This document shows positions 8,838 through 17,459 of a stretch of DNA of 17,460 nt, in pieces (the first letter of the stretch is position 1; each line of letters opens with the position of its first letter). The stretch spans positions 1 to 17,460 of the forward strand of contig CAYOWP010000015.1 of assembly GCA_964407715.1 (NCBI GenBank), given 5' to 3'. The DNA is from an uncultured archaeon. GTDB lineage: Archaea > EX4484-52 > JAADEF01. Under the pieces are notes generated by a model. The model had not been told where the DNA came from. It worked only from the letters and a program-made list of their open reading frames with translations, and ran no database searches. Made by a program: the position numbers and the translations under genes.

Positions 8838-9515
8838 ATGAGCGCAAAAAAACCCGTTATTGCAATAAATTTCAAGGCATATGAAAATGCATTTGGGCCT
8901 GGATGTGAGAGGTTATTGGACAAGATAGAGCATTTTGCAAAAGAATTTGATATAGATACAATAGTGGCTTTGCCTTTAACAGAGATATATAGGAGCAAAA
9001 AATATAAATATCTCAAAATCTATGCTCAAACAACTTATGGAATAGATTTTGGAGCACATACAGGAAAGATACCTATAAAGGCACTGTTACATTATGGTGT
9101 AAGAGGTGTTGTGGTGAATCATGCTGAGGATCAGAGAACAATAAAAGAGATTGAGGAAATATTAAATAGAGCTAATGAGTTGGATTTAGAGACTTTACTT
9201 TGCTCTTCCTCGATAGAATCATCTATGGCTTTTTCATATTATAGGCATGTCACTTATATTGCATATGAACCTCCAGAGCTGATAGGCAGTGGAAAGTCAG
9301 TTTCTGAATATAGGGGAGAAGATATCAAATATCTCTCTGAGAGAATAAAAATAAATAATTCATTGCTTTCCTTCTTGGTAGGGGCAGGAGTAACCAAAAG
9401 AAAAGATATTGATATTGCTTTGCAATTGGGTGCAGATGGTGTTTTTGTTGCATCTGCAATAATGAAATCAAAAAATATTGATAGAACCTTGGAAGAATTC
9501 TTTGCATTCTGGTGA
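8838..9515 (+). CDS. tpiA: Triosephosphate isomerase, archaeal short type
   Basis: INFKAY, GAHTG, NHAE (catalytic His), AYEPPELIG (catalytic Glu), VGAGV, VASAIMK; 225 aa. Confidence 0.97.
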   Translation: MSAKKPVIAINFKAYENAFGPGCERLLDKIEHFAKEFDIDTIVALPLTEIYRSKKYKYLKIYAQTTYGIDFGAHTGKIPIKALLHYGVRGVVVNHAEDQRTIKEIEEILNRANELDLETLLCSSSIESSMAFSYYRHVTYIAYEPPELIGSGKSVSEYRGEDIKYLSERIKINNSLLSFLVGAGVTKRKDIDIALQLGADGVFVASAIMKSKNIDRTLEEFFAFW

Positions 9516-9521
9516 GAGATT

Positions 9522-9890
9522 TCATTCTTCATTAGATATTGCATATATGAATCCTATGGACATAGCTATACCTATCAATACTCCAAAAACGATATATGCT
9601 GCGGCATATTTCTTTGGATCAGGAAGAGCGAATTCAACCTTATTAAAGAAATAATTCGCGATACCTAATAAAAACAAAGAAATAAGAGCTACATAAAAAG
9701 CTCTAATTCTGTATATTCTCAAAGAGAGAAGCAAATATGCTGTTATAAAAGAGGTTGTTGATATGAGATATATGGTTAAGAAAGTGACATCAATATAAGG
9801 TCTAAATAACAAAGCAATCAAAACACCAAAAAACAGACTCATTATAATAAATCCGAGTAGACGGGGAGATTCTTTGTCCTTGTCTACCAT
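9522..9890 (-). CDS. Hypothetical integral membrane protein (~4 TM)
   Basis: 122-aa ORF with four hydrophobic stretches. Confidence 0.75.
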   Translation of the reverse strand: MVDKDKESPRLLGFIIMSLFFGVLIALLFRPYIDVTFLTIYLISTTSFITAYLLLSLRIYRIRAFYVALISLFLLGIANYFFNKVEFALPDPKKYAAAYIVFGVLIGIAMSIGFIYAISNEE

Positions 9891-10058
9891 AATATTTAAT
9901 AAAGCATGATCCCTTATATATATTTTAATTTTGAAGAAGAGGTATTACTTATAAGTGGTTTATGATTACAGCAAGATTTAAATATTTTAAGTGAAAAATT
10001 ATTTAAATTAAACCATAAACATAGTTATATCATAGCATAGATAAAGGAGATTGAAAAA

Positions 10059-10634
10059 ATGGCAGAGAAGAGACAAGTTAAGAGGGACACATGGAGCAAA
10101 AAGACATGGTTTAAGGTATATGCTCCAGAGATGTTTAACAAACAGGATGTTATTGCAGAGACACCAGCATTAAAATCCAGTTATGTTATTGGCAGAGTAG
10201 TGGAGCTACCTCTGACAGAGGTAACAGGCAGTTTCAAACATTATAAATATAAGGTATTCTTAAAGATAATCGATGTAAAAGGTGATAAGGCATATACTCA
10301 GCTTGATGGGATAGAGCTTCTGAGAGATTTTGTTGCGAGGATGGTAAGAAAAAGGACATCTCGAGTTGATCTCATAGAGGATATCACAAGTAAAGATGGC
10401 ATAAAGGCAAGATATAAATTGATTCTTATCACAAAGAGAAGGGTTAAAACAAGTACAAAGAAAGATATCAGAAAAACAATGAAAAGTGTTCTTGAGGAAT
10501 TTGTTACATCTAACTACTTCAAGGATATTGTTCATGCTTTCTTAAACGAGAGCATTCATCGGAGGATGATAGAGAGGGCAAATAAGATATATCCTGTGGA
10601 GTATTTTGATTTGAGGAAATTGGAGGTGTTTTAA
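10059..10634 (+). CDS. rps3ae: 30S ribosomal protein S3Ae (eS1)
   Basis: DTWSKKTWFKVYAPEMF, IGRVVE, RMVRKRTSRVD, KIYPV..LRKLEV; AGGAG RBS. Confidence 0.96.
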   Translation: MAEKRQVKRDTWSKKTWFKVYAPEMFNKQDVIAETPALKSSYVIGRVVELPLTEVTGSFKHYKYKVFLKIIDVKGDKAYTQLDGIELLRDFVARMVRKRTSRVDLIEDITSKDGIKARYKLILITKRRVKTSTKKDIRKTMKSVLEEFVTSNYFKDIVHAFLNESIHRRMIERANKIYPVEYFDLRKLEVF

Positions 10635-10637
10635 AAC

Positions 10638-10844
10638 ATGCCAGTTCCAAAAGAGCTTTTAGAGATTTTAGCATGCCCTAAATGCAAAGGAGACCTTGAG
10701 GAGAAAGGCATGTTTCTTGTGTGCAAATCATGCGCTCTTGCATATCCTGTGCTAAATGATAAAGTGCCTGATATGTTAATCGAGGATGCTTGGGATTTGG
10801 ATAAGGCAAAGAAAAATGATTATAAACATAATCTAAAGCTATAA
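10638..10844 (+). CDS. trm112: Trm112-family methyltransferase activator (Zn ribbon)
   Basis: [14 protein letters not shown]...LVCKSC...YPV....PDML. Confidence 0.9.
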   Translation: MPVPKELLEILACPKCKGDLEEKGMFLVCKSCALAYPVLNDKVPDMLIEDAWDLDKAKKNDYKHNLKL

Positions 10845-10854
10845 AGGGTAAACA

Positions 10855-11430
10855 ATGACGTTAAAAAATGTTTTAAAACATAAAAAACAAAAAGCAGAAA
10901 TAAAAGTTGATGAGGAAATTTTCTTGGTACCATATGGGAAGAATTATCATAAGATATATAAGAGCATAGTCTCTAAACTCATCAGCATATATGTTTCTGC
11001 ATATAAAGGAATCGAGAGATTTAGATACAAAACAAAGAGACAAATTAGAAAGCACATTAGATGGCTAATAAACAGATGCTGGGATAACTTCTATCTTATC
11101 TATATAAAGAGACAGAATAAAAGAAAATTAGTGGGGTTTATAGGGATAGAGTTTAACTGGTTTGATGAAGAGCTCTTGGAAAGGGGAGCCATTATTCATG
11201 AGTTTGCCATAAGAAAAGAATACCAATCTAGAGGTATTGGAGGCAAGGTCCTTCGGTATCTCCTTAATAATATTTCGCGATATAACATAAAAAAGATTAT
11301 ATTGACCGTAGGAGAGGATAATGAAAAAGCCTTGAGATTTTATGAGAAATTAGGATTCAAAAAGGTTCAAAAAGACATCACCGAAAAACATAAAGATGTC
11401 ATATGGGTTTATATGATAAAGGAGTTATAG
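10855..11430 (+). CDS. GNAT-family N-acetyltransferase
   Basis: Motif A IHEFAIRKEYQSRGIGGKVL and motif B NEKALRFYEKLGF. Confidence 0.92.
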   Translation: MTLKNVLKHKKQKAEIKVDEEIFLVPYGKNYHKIYKSIVSKLISIYVSAYKGIERFRYKTKRQIRKHIRWLINRCWDNFYLIYIKRQNKRKLVGFIGIEFNWFDEELLERGAIIHEFAIRKEYQSRGIGGKVLRYLLNNISRYNIKKIILTVGEDNEKALRFYEKLGFKKVQKDITEKHKDVIWVYMIKEL

Positions 11431-11440
11431 AAAAATGAAG

Positions 11441-12310
11441 TTACACATACTCCTCCAAGAGATCTTCGATATCCACATTTTCTATATCCTGTAATGCCGC
11501 TGGGATTGGGGTGTTGATATCTTTATATTCGTCCTCTAAAATCTCCTTTTGCTCCACATAGAACACGCCAATAGGTATTTTGTCATCTTTTTCATAACCT
11601 TCCCATGCCTTAGCAAGAGCAGCATTCTTATCGTATGGCTCATAATCCGTATCTTCCAGCTTATATATGCGAGAGGAATAATATGAATAATCCATAGATG
11701 GATTCATGCTTACACATGGCTGCAATACATCTATGAAGGCATATCCTCTATGTTGAAGTGCCTTTTTTACAAGTTCTGTGAGATGTGCTAAATCTCCTGA
11801 AAAGCCTCTTGCAATAAATGTTGCTCCTGCCTCAATAGCTAAAGCTATTGGATTAATGGCATGCTCAGGATTACCATGGAGTGTGGATTTTGTGATAACA
11901 TGATAATATGTTGTGGGAGATGCCTGACCTTTTGTTAATGCATAGATATGGTTGTTGTGAACAATATGCACTATGTCAATGTTCCTCCTCATATTTTGAA
12001 TCCAATGGTTCAGTCCAATGCCATAATTATCCCCATCCCCTGTATGAACTATAACCTTTAGGTTTGGGTTTACCAATCTTATAGCCATTGCGGGAGGTAA
12101 GGCTCTTCCATGGATTCCCTCAAATCCATAGGTTTTGATATAATGAGGTATTTTCCCAGAACATCCTATACCTGAAATCACAACAACATCCTTTGGATCA
12201 ATATTTAACTCAGCAATGGCTTTCCTTACAGCATTTACAATTCCGAAGTTACCACATCCAGGACACCACTGTATCCAATGCTTTGGATCCAATTCCTCTA
12301 TTCCTACCAT
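11441..12310 (-). CDS. korB: 2-oxoacid:ferredoxin oxidoreductase beta subunit (TPP-binding)
   Basis: WCPGCG, SGIGCS, HGRA, GDGD...NN TPP motif, TKGQASPT, QPC. Substrate not determinable from sequence. Confidence 0.95.
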   Translation of the reverse strand: MVGIEELDPKHWIQWCPGCGNFGIVNAVRKAIAELNIDPKDVVVISGIGCSGKIPHYIKTYGFEGIHGRALPPAMAIRLVNPNLKVIVHTGDGDNYGIGLNHWIQNMRRNIDIVHIVHNNHIYALTKGQASPTTYYHVITKSTLHGNPEHAINPIALAIEAGATFIARGFSGDLAHLTELVKKALQHRGYAFIDVLQPCVSMNPSMDYSYYSSRIYKLEDTDYEPYDKNAALAKAWEGYEKDDKIPIGVFYVEQKEILEDEYKDINTPIPAALQDIENVDIEDLLEEYV

Positions 12311-12319
12311 GGATATCCC

Positions 12320-14056
12320 CTATTTTCTTAATATCTCCAATGCTTTCTCAACAATATCCTCGGGCATGAAAGGTCTTCCATCATATTTCAGATATTTATC
12401 ATGTATCTCTATACCTGTGTGCTCCCTTATTAATCCACCCAATTGTGAGGTATAGTTCAATTCAATCAATAAATTCTTAGCGCTATCATTGAGATAAGCT
12501 ATACTATCCTCTGTTGGAAATGGCATGAGATAGAGATAATGCAATACCCTACTTCCTATATTATGCTCTTCATATAACATCCTTTGCGCCTCTAAGCATG
12601 GCATCTTTGTGGAGCCCCAACATATCAAGTTTATTTCAGGTTCTCCTTTCTCGTACACCCTCAACCTATATATTTCCTTATCCAAGGCATTTAGTTTTTT
12701 CATTCTCTTCTCCATTTGCTTATTTCTCATCTCAATGTTTTCTGTTGTAAACCCTGTCTCATCATGTTCATAGCTGCTCACAACATGGATAGTATTTGGA
12801 TAAGATGGCAAACTTCTATATGAGATCCCATCTTCCTCATTTAGAGAATATCTTTTATACTCACTTACTTTCTCTGCTTCTTCATAACTTAAAAGCTTCC
12901 CTCTATCTATTTTCAACTTGGATGTATCAAATCTTGGAATTGATTGATATGATGTGCAGAGATACTTATCTAATAGCACAATTACAGGTGTTTGAAGTTT
13001 TTCTGCAATATTAAATGCATCAAAAACAGCATAAAACGTCTCTTCCACATCTCCTGGAGCTATGACCACTCTTGGAGTTTCTCCCTGAGCAGCATGCATT
13101 ACAAATCTTAAGTCACCTTGCTCTGTATAAGTAGGCATGCCAGTACTAGGAGAGCCTCTCTGACCTTCAATTATCACTATTGGAAGTTCCATTAATCCTG
13201 CCATACCCAATGCCTCAACCATTAATGCAAATCCACCTCCTGATGTAGCAGCCATGCTTCTTGCTCCAGCAAATGAAGCACCGATCACGCTATTTATAGC
13301 CGCGATCTCATCCTCTGTTTGCTTTACCACAATCTTCTTTTTCTTTTCATACTTTGACATTAGGGTTAAGATGGGAGAGGTTGGTGTCATGGGATACATA
13401 CCAACATATTTTACACCTGCCTTTATAGCACCCAATACAGCTGCTGTGTTGCCATCCATGAACAGTCTTTCCTTATCTCTTTTTATCATATCTATCTTAA
13501 CCTTATAAAAGACATCCCTAACTTGAGAGAAGCCCAAATGAAATGCCTTTTTATTAACTTCTATGATTTCTTGAGATTTTCCTTTGAACGTATCTTCTAT
13601 TACCTCTTCAACTATGGATTTGTTCATATCAAGTATGCTTGCCACAACACCCAAAGCAATCATGTTATAATACTTTATCTCCCCAATCTCAGAGAGAAGT
13701 TTATTGAATGGAATTGCGATAAAGGAAATATCATCTCTTTTAACTGATGGTTCAAATGAGGCATCATGGATAATCATTCCCTCAGGTGATATCTCATGTA
13801 TATGCTTCTCTATACTCAGATTGTCAAATGCCACAAGTATATTTACATTTTTGTTTTGAGAATATATAGCATGCTTAGATGCCCTTATATGAACCATGTT
13901 GTGACCGCCTTTTATCAATGAAGGATAATCATCATACACAAAGACATTCCATCCATGTCTCTTTATTGCCCTTCCAATAGAGATTCCAAGGCTTATAATC
14001 CCTGCACCTGCCGGACCACCAACCATTATCCCTACTTCCGATTCCTTGCCGCTCAT
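12320..14056 (-). CDS. korA: 2-oxoacid:ferredoxin oxidoreductase alpha subunit (gamma-alpha fusion)
   Basis: GGPAGAGI, IKGGH, YPMTPTS, EDEIAA, ATSGGGFALM, QRGSPSTGMPT, WGST, KYDGRPF. ATG 14056 or GTG 14062 after GGTGAG. Confidence 0.95.
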   Translation of the reverse strand: MSGKESEVGIMVGGPAGAGIISLGISIGRAIKRHGWNVFVYDDYPSLIKGGHNMVHIRASKHAIYSQNKNVNILVAFDNLSIEKHIHEISPEGMIIHDASFEPSVKRDDISFIAIPFNKLLSEIGEIKYYNMIALGVVASILDMNKSIVEEVIEDTFKGKSQEIIEVNKKAFHLGFSQVRDVFYKVKIDMIKRDKERLFMDGNTAAVLGAIKAGVKYVGMYPMTPTSPILTLMSKYEKKKKIVVKQTEDEIAAINSVIGASFAGARSMAATSGGGFALMVEALGMAGLMELPIVIIEGQRGSPSTGMPTYTEQGDLRFVMHAAQGETPRVVIAPGDVEETFYAVFDAFNIAEKLQTPVIVLLDKYLCTSYQSIPRFDTSKLKIDRGKLLSYEEAEKVSEYKRYSLNEEDGISYRSLPSYPNTIHVVSSYEHDETGFTTENIEMRNKQMEKRMKKLNALDKEIYRLRVYEKGEPEINLICWGSTKMPCLEAQRMLYEEHNIGSRVLHYLYLMPFPTEDSIAYLNDSAKNLLIELNYTSQLGGLIREHTGIEIHDKYLKYDGRPFMPEDIVEKALEILRK

Positions 14057-14143
14057 GCTCACTCACCACAATTCAAAGTGAAGACTATAATAATTATTTA
14101 GTATCTCAGAGAATATAAAGATTTTTGGAAGAGCTGTGGGATT

Positions 14144-14392
14144 GGCATTGTCCAATAATTTTCTATTTGTTAAGCGGAAGAGTAACCTCTTAAAGAAGCG
14201 CATTAAAGTAGCGAACCTTATAGAGCTAATGTGATTATAAGAGCAAGATTTCTCGTTAACAAATCCTCATCAAAAATTATTGGACAATTTGTTAACGGGA
14301 AGCATAGCCATATTCAAAGGGTTAACTGCTCTCATGCGCTTCTGTGAGAGGTAATGTTTCCGCTTAACAATAAAGAATTATTGAACAAAGCC
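14144..14392. mobile_element. MITE-like foldback repeat, copy B (249 bp)
   Basis: GGCATTGTCCAATAAT...ATTATTGAACAAAGCC; about 17 substitutions from copy C by hand alignment; arms are imperfect reverse complements. Confidence 0.85.
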
Positions 14393-14460
14393 CCTTTGAT
14401 GTTTTTCATTAAACAACATTTTTAAACTTTAGATGAACTATATTCTTATAAGGTGGTAGA

Positions 14461-14649
14461 ATGTCTCGGGTAAGGTATGCAACTAAGGAGGATATAGAGA
14501 GGTTAGAAAGGAAAATTGATCTCATTCTTACATGTTTAGAAGAGGAGTTTATTGATATAGAGGAATTGCAGGAGGGTCTAAAAGAGATTAAAGATGGAAA
14601 AGTTGTTTCATTAGATGAATATATAAAGAAGAGGAGATTAAATGTATAA
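14461..14649 (+). CDS. Putative type II antitoxin (RelB-like)
   Basis: 62 aa, acidic, ending EELQEGLKEIKDGKVVSLDEY; overlaps the toxin start; AGGTGG RBS. Confidence 0.8.
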   Translation: MSRVRYATKEDIERLERKIDLILTCLEEEFIDIEELQEGLKEIKDGKVVSLDEYIKKRRLNV

Positions 14650-14899
14650 AATCATACTAACCAAGAAGTCCGAAAAGATCTTAGATAGGATAAAAGATGA
14701 GAAACTACTAAAATATATCATAAAGTCTCTCAAAAAATTAGAGCACAGCCCATACATTGGCAAGAAGTTAAGGGGGTTTGACTCTCTTTACAGAATAAGA
14801 GTTGGCAAATTTAGAATAATTTATAAAATAGATGAAAAAGAGAAGGTTATTTATATTGTCTTAATAGACAAAAGGTCAAGGGTTTATAAAAGGATTTGA
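14642..14899 (+). CDS. relE: RelE/ParE-family type II toxin
   Basis: 85 aa, basic; MYKIILT..., GKKLRG..LYRIRVGKFRIIYKID, RSRVYK. Confidence 0.93.
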   Translation: MYKIILTKKSEKILDRIKDEKLLKYIIKSLKKLEHSPYIGKKLRGFDSLYRIRVGKFRIIYKIDEKEKVIYIVLIDKRSRVYKRI

Positions 14900-14903
14900 T
14901 GTT

Positions 14904-15152
14904 GGCGTTGTCCAATAATCCTCTATTTGTTAAGCGGAAGAGTAACCTCTTAAAGAAGAGTATTAGAGCAGCAAATCTTATAGAGCTAATGCGATTATAA
15001 GAGCAAGATTTCTCGTTAACAAATCCTCATCAAAAATTATTGGACAATTTGTTAACGGGAAGCATAGCCCTATTCAAAGGGTTAACTGCTCTCATGCGCT
15101 TCTGTGAGAGGTTACATTTCGGCTTAACAATAAAGAATTATTGGACAATGCC
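14904..15152. mobile_element. MITE-like foldback repeat, copy C (249 bp)
   Basis: GGCGTTGTCCAATAAT...ATTATTGGACAATGCC; direct repeat of copy B. Confidence 0.85.
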
Positions 15153-15242
15153 TTAATTGATCTTGTTTCCTAAATCTTTTTATAAATCAAATTTCTTTTG
15201 TGTGGTCATACATATATGGGGTTTATCCCCCTATATATGTTT

Positions 15243-15256
15243 TATTGGACAATGCC
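15243..15256. repeat. Orphan right terminal repeat of the element
   Basis: TATTGGACAATGCC is the exact reverse complement of the first 14 bp of copies A and B; preceded by a hairpin at 15210-15240. Confidence 0.85.
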
Positions 15257-15747
15257 TATGAAATACGCTCGTTAGTTTTTCTGTCAAATATGTTTATCTT
15301 TAAATCAGCAGTAAGTCCAAAATTTGTGTTTTGCCAATGATGGATGCCTATTATAAGTTCATATTGCAGTTTTATTTTATCTGAATGGTCATAACTTTCA
15401 GTAATTTCCTTAATTATCCTCAAAGTTGATCCCAATTCCTTTAATTGCCAGGATGTTGCTATGTTCTCAGACAGCATATCAAGAAGATATTTTCTGAAGA
15501 TCATACCGAATAAAGAACTATTCACATCTATTTCTTCAGAATGAGATTTGATATCATTTCCGTAATAGTAAACTGTGTTTCCTATTCTCTTTCTCCATTT
15601 ACCTGACGAGAAACTTTCATCATAGTGAGCTTTTGAAACTTTTATTTTCCGTGGATACTGAGCGATTGGATAAATGTTAATGTATAAAACCCCTGAAGTT
15701 CCTCTCGCTAAGCTCTCAACATCCATAAAATTATCTAACCCCATCAT
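15256..15747 (-). pseudogene. Truncated N-L1-L2 subunit of a split prokaryotic Argonaute (AfAgo-N-like)
   Basis: SGVLYINIYPI, GKWRKRIG, FRKYLLDMLSENIATSWQLKELGSTLR and KLQYELII..HHWQNTNFG match Archaeoglobus fulgidus AfAgo-N as I recall it. Start ATG 15747 follows GGTGAGGTG and overlaps the OLD stop. The TAG stop is formed at the junction with the orphan terminus. Confidence 0.75.
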
Positions 15748-17401
15748 GATTAAACACCTCACCCAAAATAGTTTTGGTCTCACTTAAAAAGGAAGGATAG
15801 TAGTCAGGATATTCATTGAAAATCTTGTTAATAATAAATCTTAGTTTTTGACCTTTTCTCAGATTTAGAGTTCTTGCTTCATCTTCAAAGTTGGAATATT
15901 TATTATATTTCCCATTGTTTTCACAGTAACTGGTAAAATCTTCCTTTAATGCAGTCTCTATATTTCCTTTGAATATGAGTAATCTTTGTTTAAATCTCGC
16001 AGTCAATAATTTAAAAGTTTCATTTTCTCCTATATCCTCAATATCTTCAGCGTTTACATCAAAACAATCAGCAATGATCTTATTATTTCTTTCTGATTCT
16101 GGCTTATCAATATCGTTATCAAAAACAACTAGCATAGGTATTCCAAACTTATAGAATAATCTCCAATATTTTGGGATTTGGGATTTGCCTCCAACCCTAA
16201 TTACAGATATTCCTAGTTTATCTGGATCAAACCTTATTTTCTTAAGAAATACTGGAAAGCATAACTCTTCTGTTTCTCCTTCTACTAGAATAACATATCT
16301 TGCAAAGAAAGCTTCTTTTAATTTTTCATTGGAGGTTATGGCGTAAAATTCAGTGATGTTATCTACTGTAGAGCGACCACTTGCTCCTGTTTCATTCGAA
16401 AAATCAACAAGCTCTTGCTTTGTAACCTGTCTAATTTTTGTCCCCTCATCAGGATTTTTATAGACGAGAGCGATATTTTCAAAATGTTCTGTTTCAATGA
16501 ATGAGGAGGAATGGGTTGTAATTATTATTTGAATGTTAGAATCTTTAACTATATCTTTGAAAACATGTAATAAATGCCTTCTCGCCTGAGGATGCATATA
16601 TATCTCGGGTTCTTCAATAATTAACAACCCTTGAGCCTCTTGTTTGAAATTTTTTGCGTAAGCTCTTAATAGAGATAGGACTATTAAGTTTCGGGTTCCT
16701 TCTCCTAGTTCTTCAATATCTATGTCATAATTTTCTCCTAAAACCTTATCATTTACGAGAATATTAATCGTTTTAAAATAATTTAATGGTGTAAAAGGCT
16801 TGAAATCAACTTTTAACTTATAAGAGGCTGTTGTTTGGAGTTCTTCAAAAAATAGCGCAAAATCTTCTTTGAACTGTTTAAATTCCCCTATTTTGTCAAA
16901 AACATCCATTATTTCATTAAACTTTTTTTCCAATTCTTCTGTTAAATTACTTTCTTTTATGCGTTTATTAAGAGCCTGCGCAATTTTCCCCATTAAAGTC
17001 CATTTATGGAATGACAATGTTTGAGAAATATTTCTCTGTGCTGGAAGATAAATACATGGGAAATCTTCTTTAACATTACCCTGAGAAGGCCAGATTCGAT
17101 TGCCATTTTCATCAAAATATTTAGGCCATTCTCCCTCATCACTTTCGAACTCCACACGTCTTCCATTATCGAATTCGATCTTAATCTCGATTGTGTTGTT
17201 GGGATCTCTCATATAAAAATCGATTGGATCAATATCTTTTCCCCACCATGTTTCCCCAAGAATATTATTAAGCGTTCTTACTATGTTAGATTTCCCTGCA
17301 TTATTAGCACCCACCATAATCATTAAACCGCTTTCTGGAAAACGAAACTCAAGATTTTTTATAGAACGAAAATTCTTTATGTAAACCTTACTTATTTTCA
17401 T
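15731..17401 (-). CDS. OLD-family ATP-dependent nuclease (ABC ATPase + TOPRIM)
   Basis: IKNFRSI, Walker A GANNAGKS, ELGEG signature, Walker B IIEEPE..MHP, ITTHS, TOPRIM ILVEGETE and FDND. GAGGAGGTG RBS favours ATG 17401. Confidence 0.93.
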   Translation of the reverse strand: MKISKVYIKNFRSIKNLEFRFPESGLMIMVGANNAGKSNIVRTLNNILGETWWGKDIDPIDFYMRDPNNTIEIKIEFDNGRRVEFESDEGEWPKYFDENGNRIWPSQGNVKEDFPCIYLPAQRNISQTLSFHKWTLMGKIAQALNKRIKESNLTEELEKKFNEIMDVFDKIGEFKQFKEDFALFFEELQTTASYKLKVDFKPFTPLNYFKTINILVNDKVLGENYDIDIEELGEGTRNLIVLSLLRAYAKNFKQEAQGLLIIEEPEIYMHPQARRHLLHVFKDIVKDSNIQIIITTHSSSFIETEHFENIALVYKNPDEGTKIRQVTKQELVDFSNETGASGRSTVDNITEFYAITSNEKLKEAFFARYVILVEGETEELCFPVFLKKIRFDPDKLGISVIRVGGKSQIPKYWRLFYKFGIPMLVVFDNDIDKPESERNNKIIADCFDVNAEDIEDIGENETFKLLTARFKQRLLIFKGNIETALKEDFTSYCENNGKYNKYSNFEDEARTLNLRKGQKLRFIINKIFNEYPDYYPSFLSETKTILGEVFNHDGVR

Positions 17402-17459
17402 GTCCAAACACCTCCTCTAAAATACTTTCTTTCATCTCCTCGAGCTGGGTTATCTGATT
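17388..17459 (-). CDS. C-terminal end of an upstream gene, possibly type I restriction-modification specificity subunit HsdS
   Basis: NQITQLEEMKESILEEVFGHENK* overlaps the OLD start and resembles the LEELKxSILxxAF terminal helix of HsdS; only 23 residues visible. Confidence 0.45.
   Translation of the reverse strand, partial: NQITQLEEMKESILEEVFGHENK

Noticed and set aside
14144-15152. Canonical integron attC sites (GTTAAGC / GCTTAAC fit GTTRRRY / RYYYAAC)
   Set aside because: The order in the element is the reverse of attC, no L boxes could be identified, and no integrase is present.
15217-15240. GGTTTATCCCC resembles the end of type I-E CRISPR repeats
   Set aside because: Single copy, no repeat-spacer array, no cas genes.
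15748-15783. N-terminal extension of the 175-aa ORF from GTG 15783
   Set aside because: It lies inside OLD; the RBS position supports ATG 15747.
1624-17326. Short antisense ORFs in the track (e.g. 1624-1992, 2493-2753, 4910-5212, 5885-6175, 13254-13508, 17021-17326)
   Set aside because: Shadow frames opposite well-supported genes.
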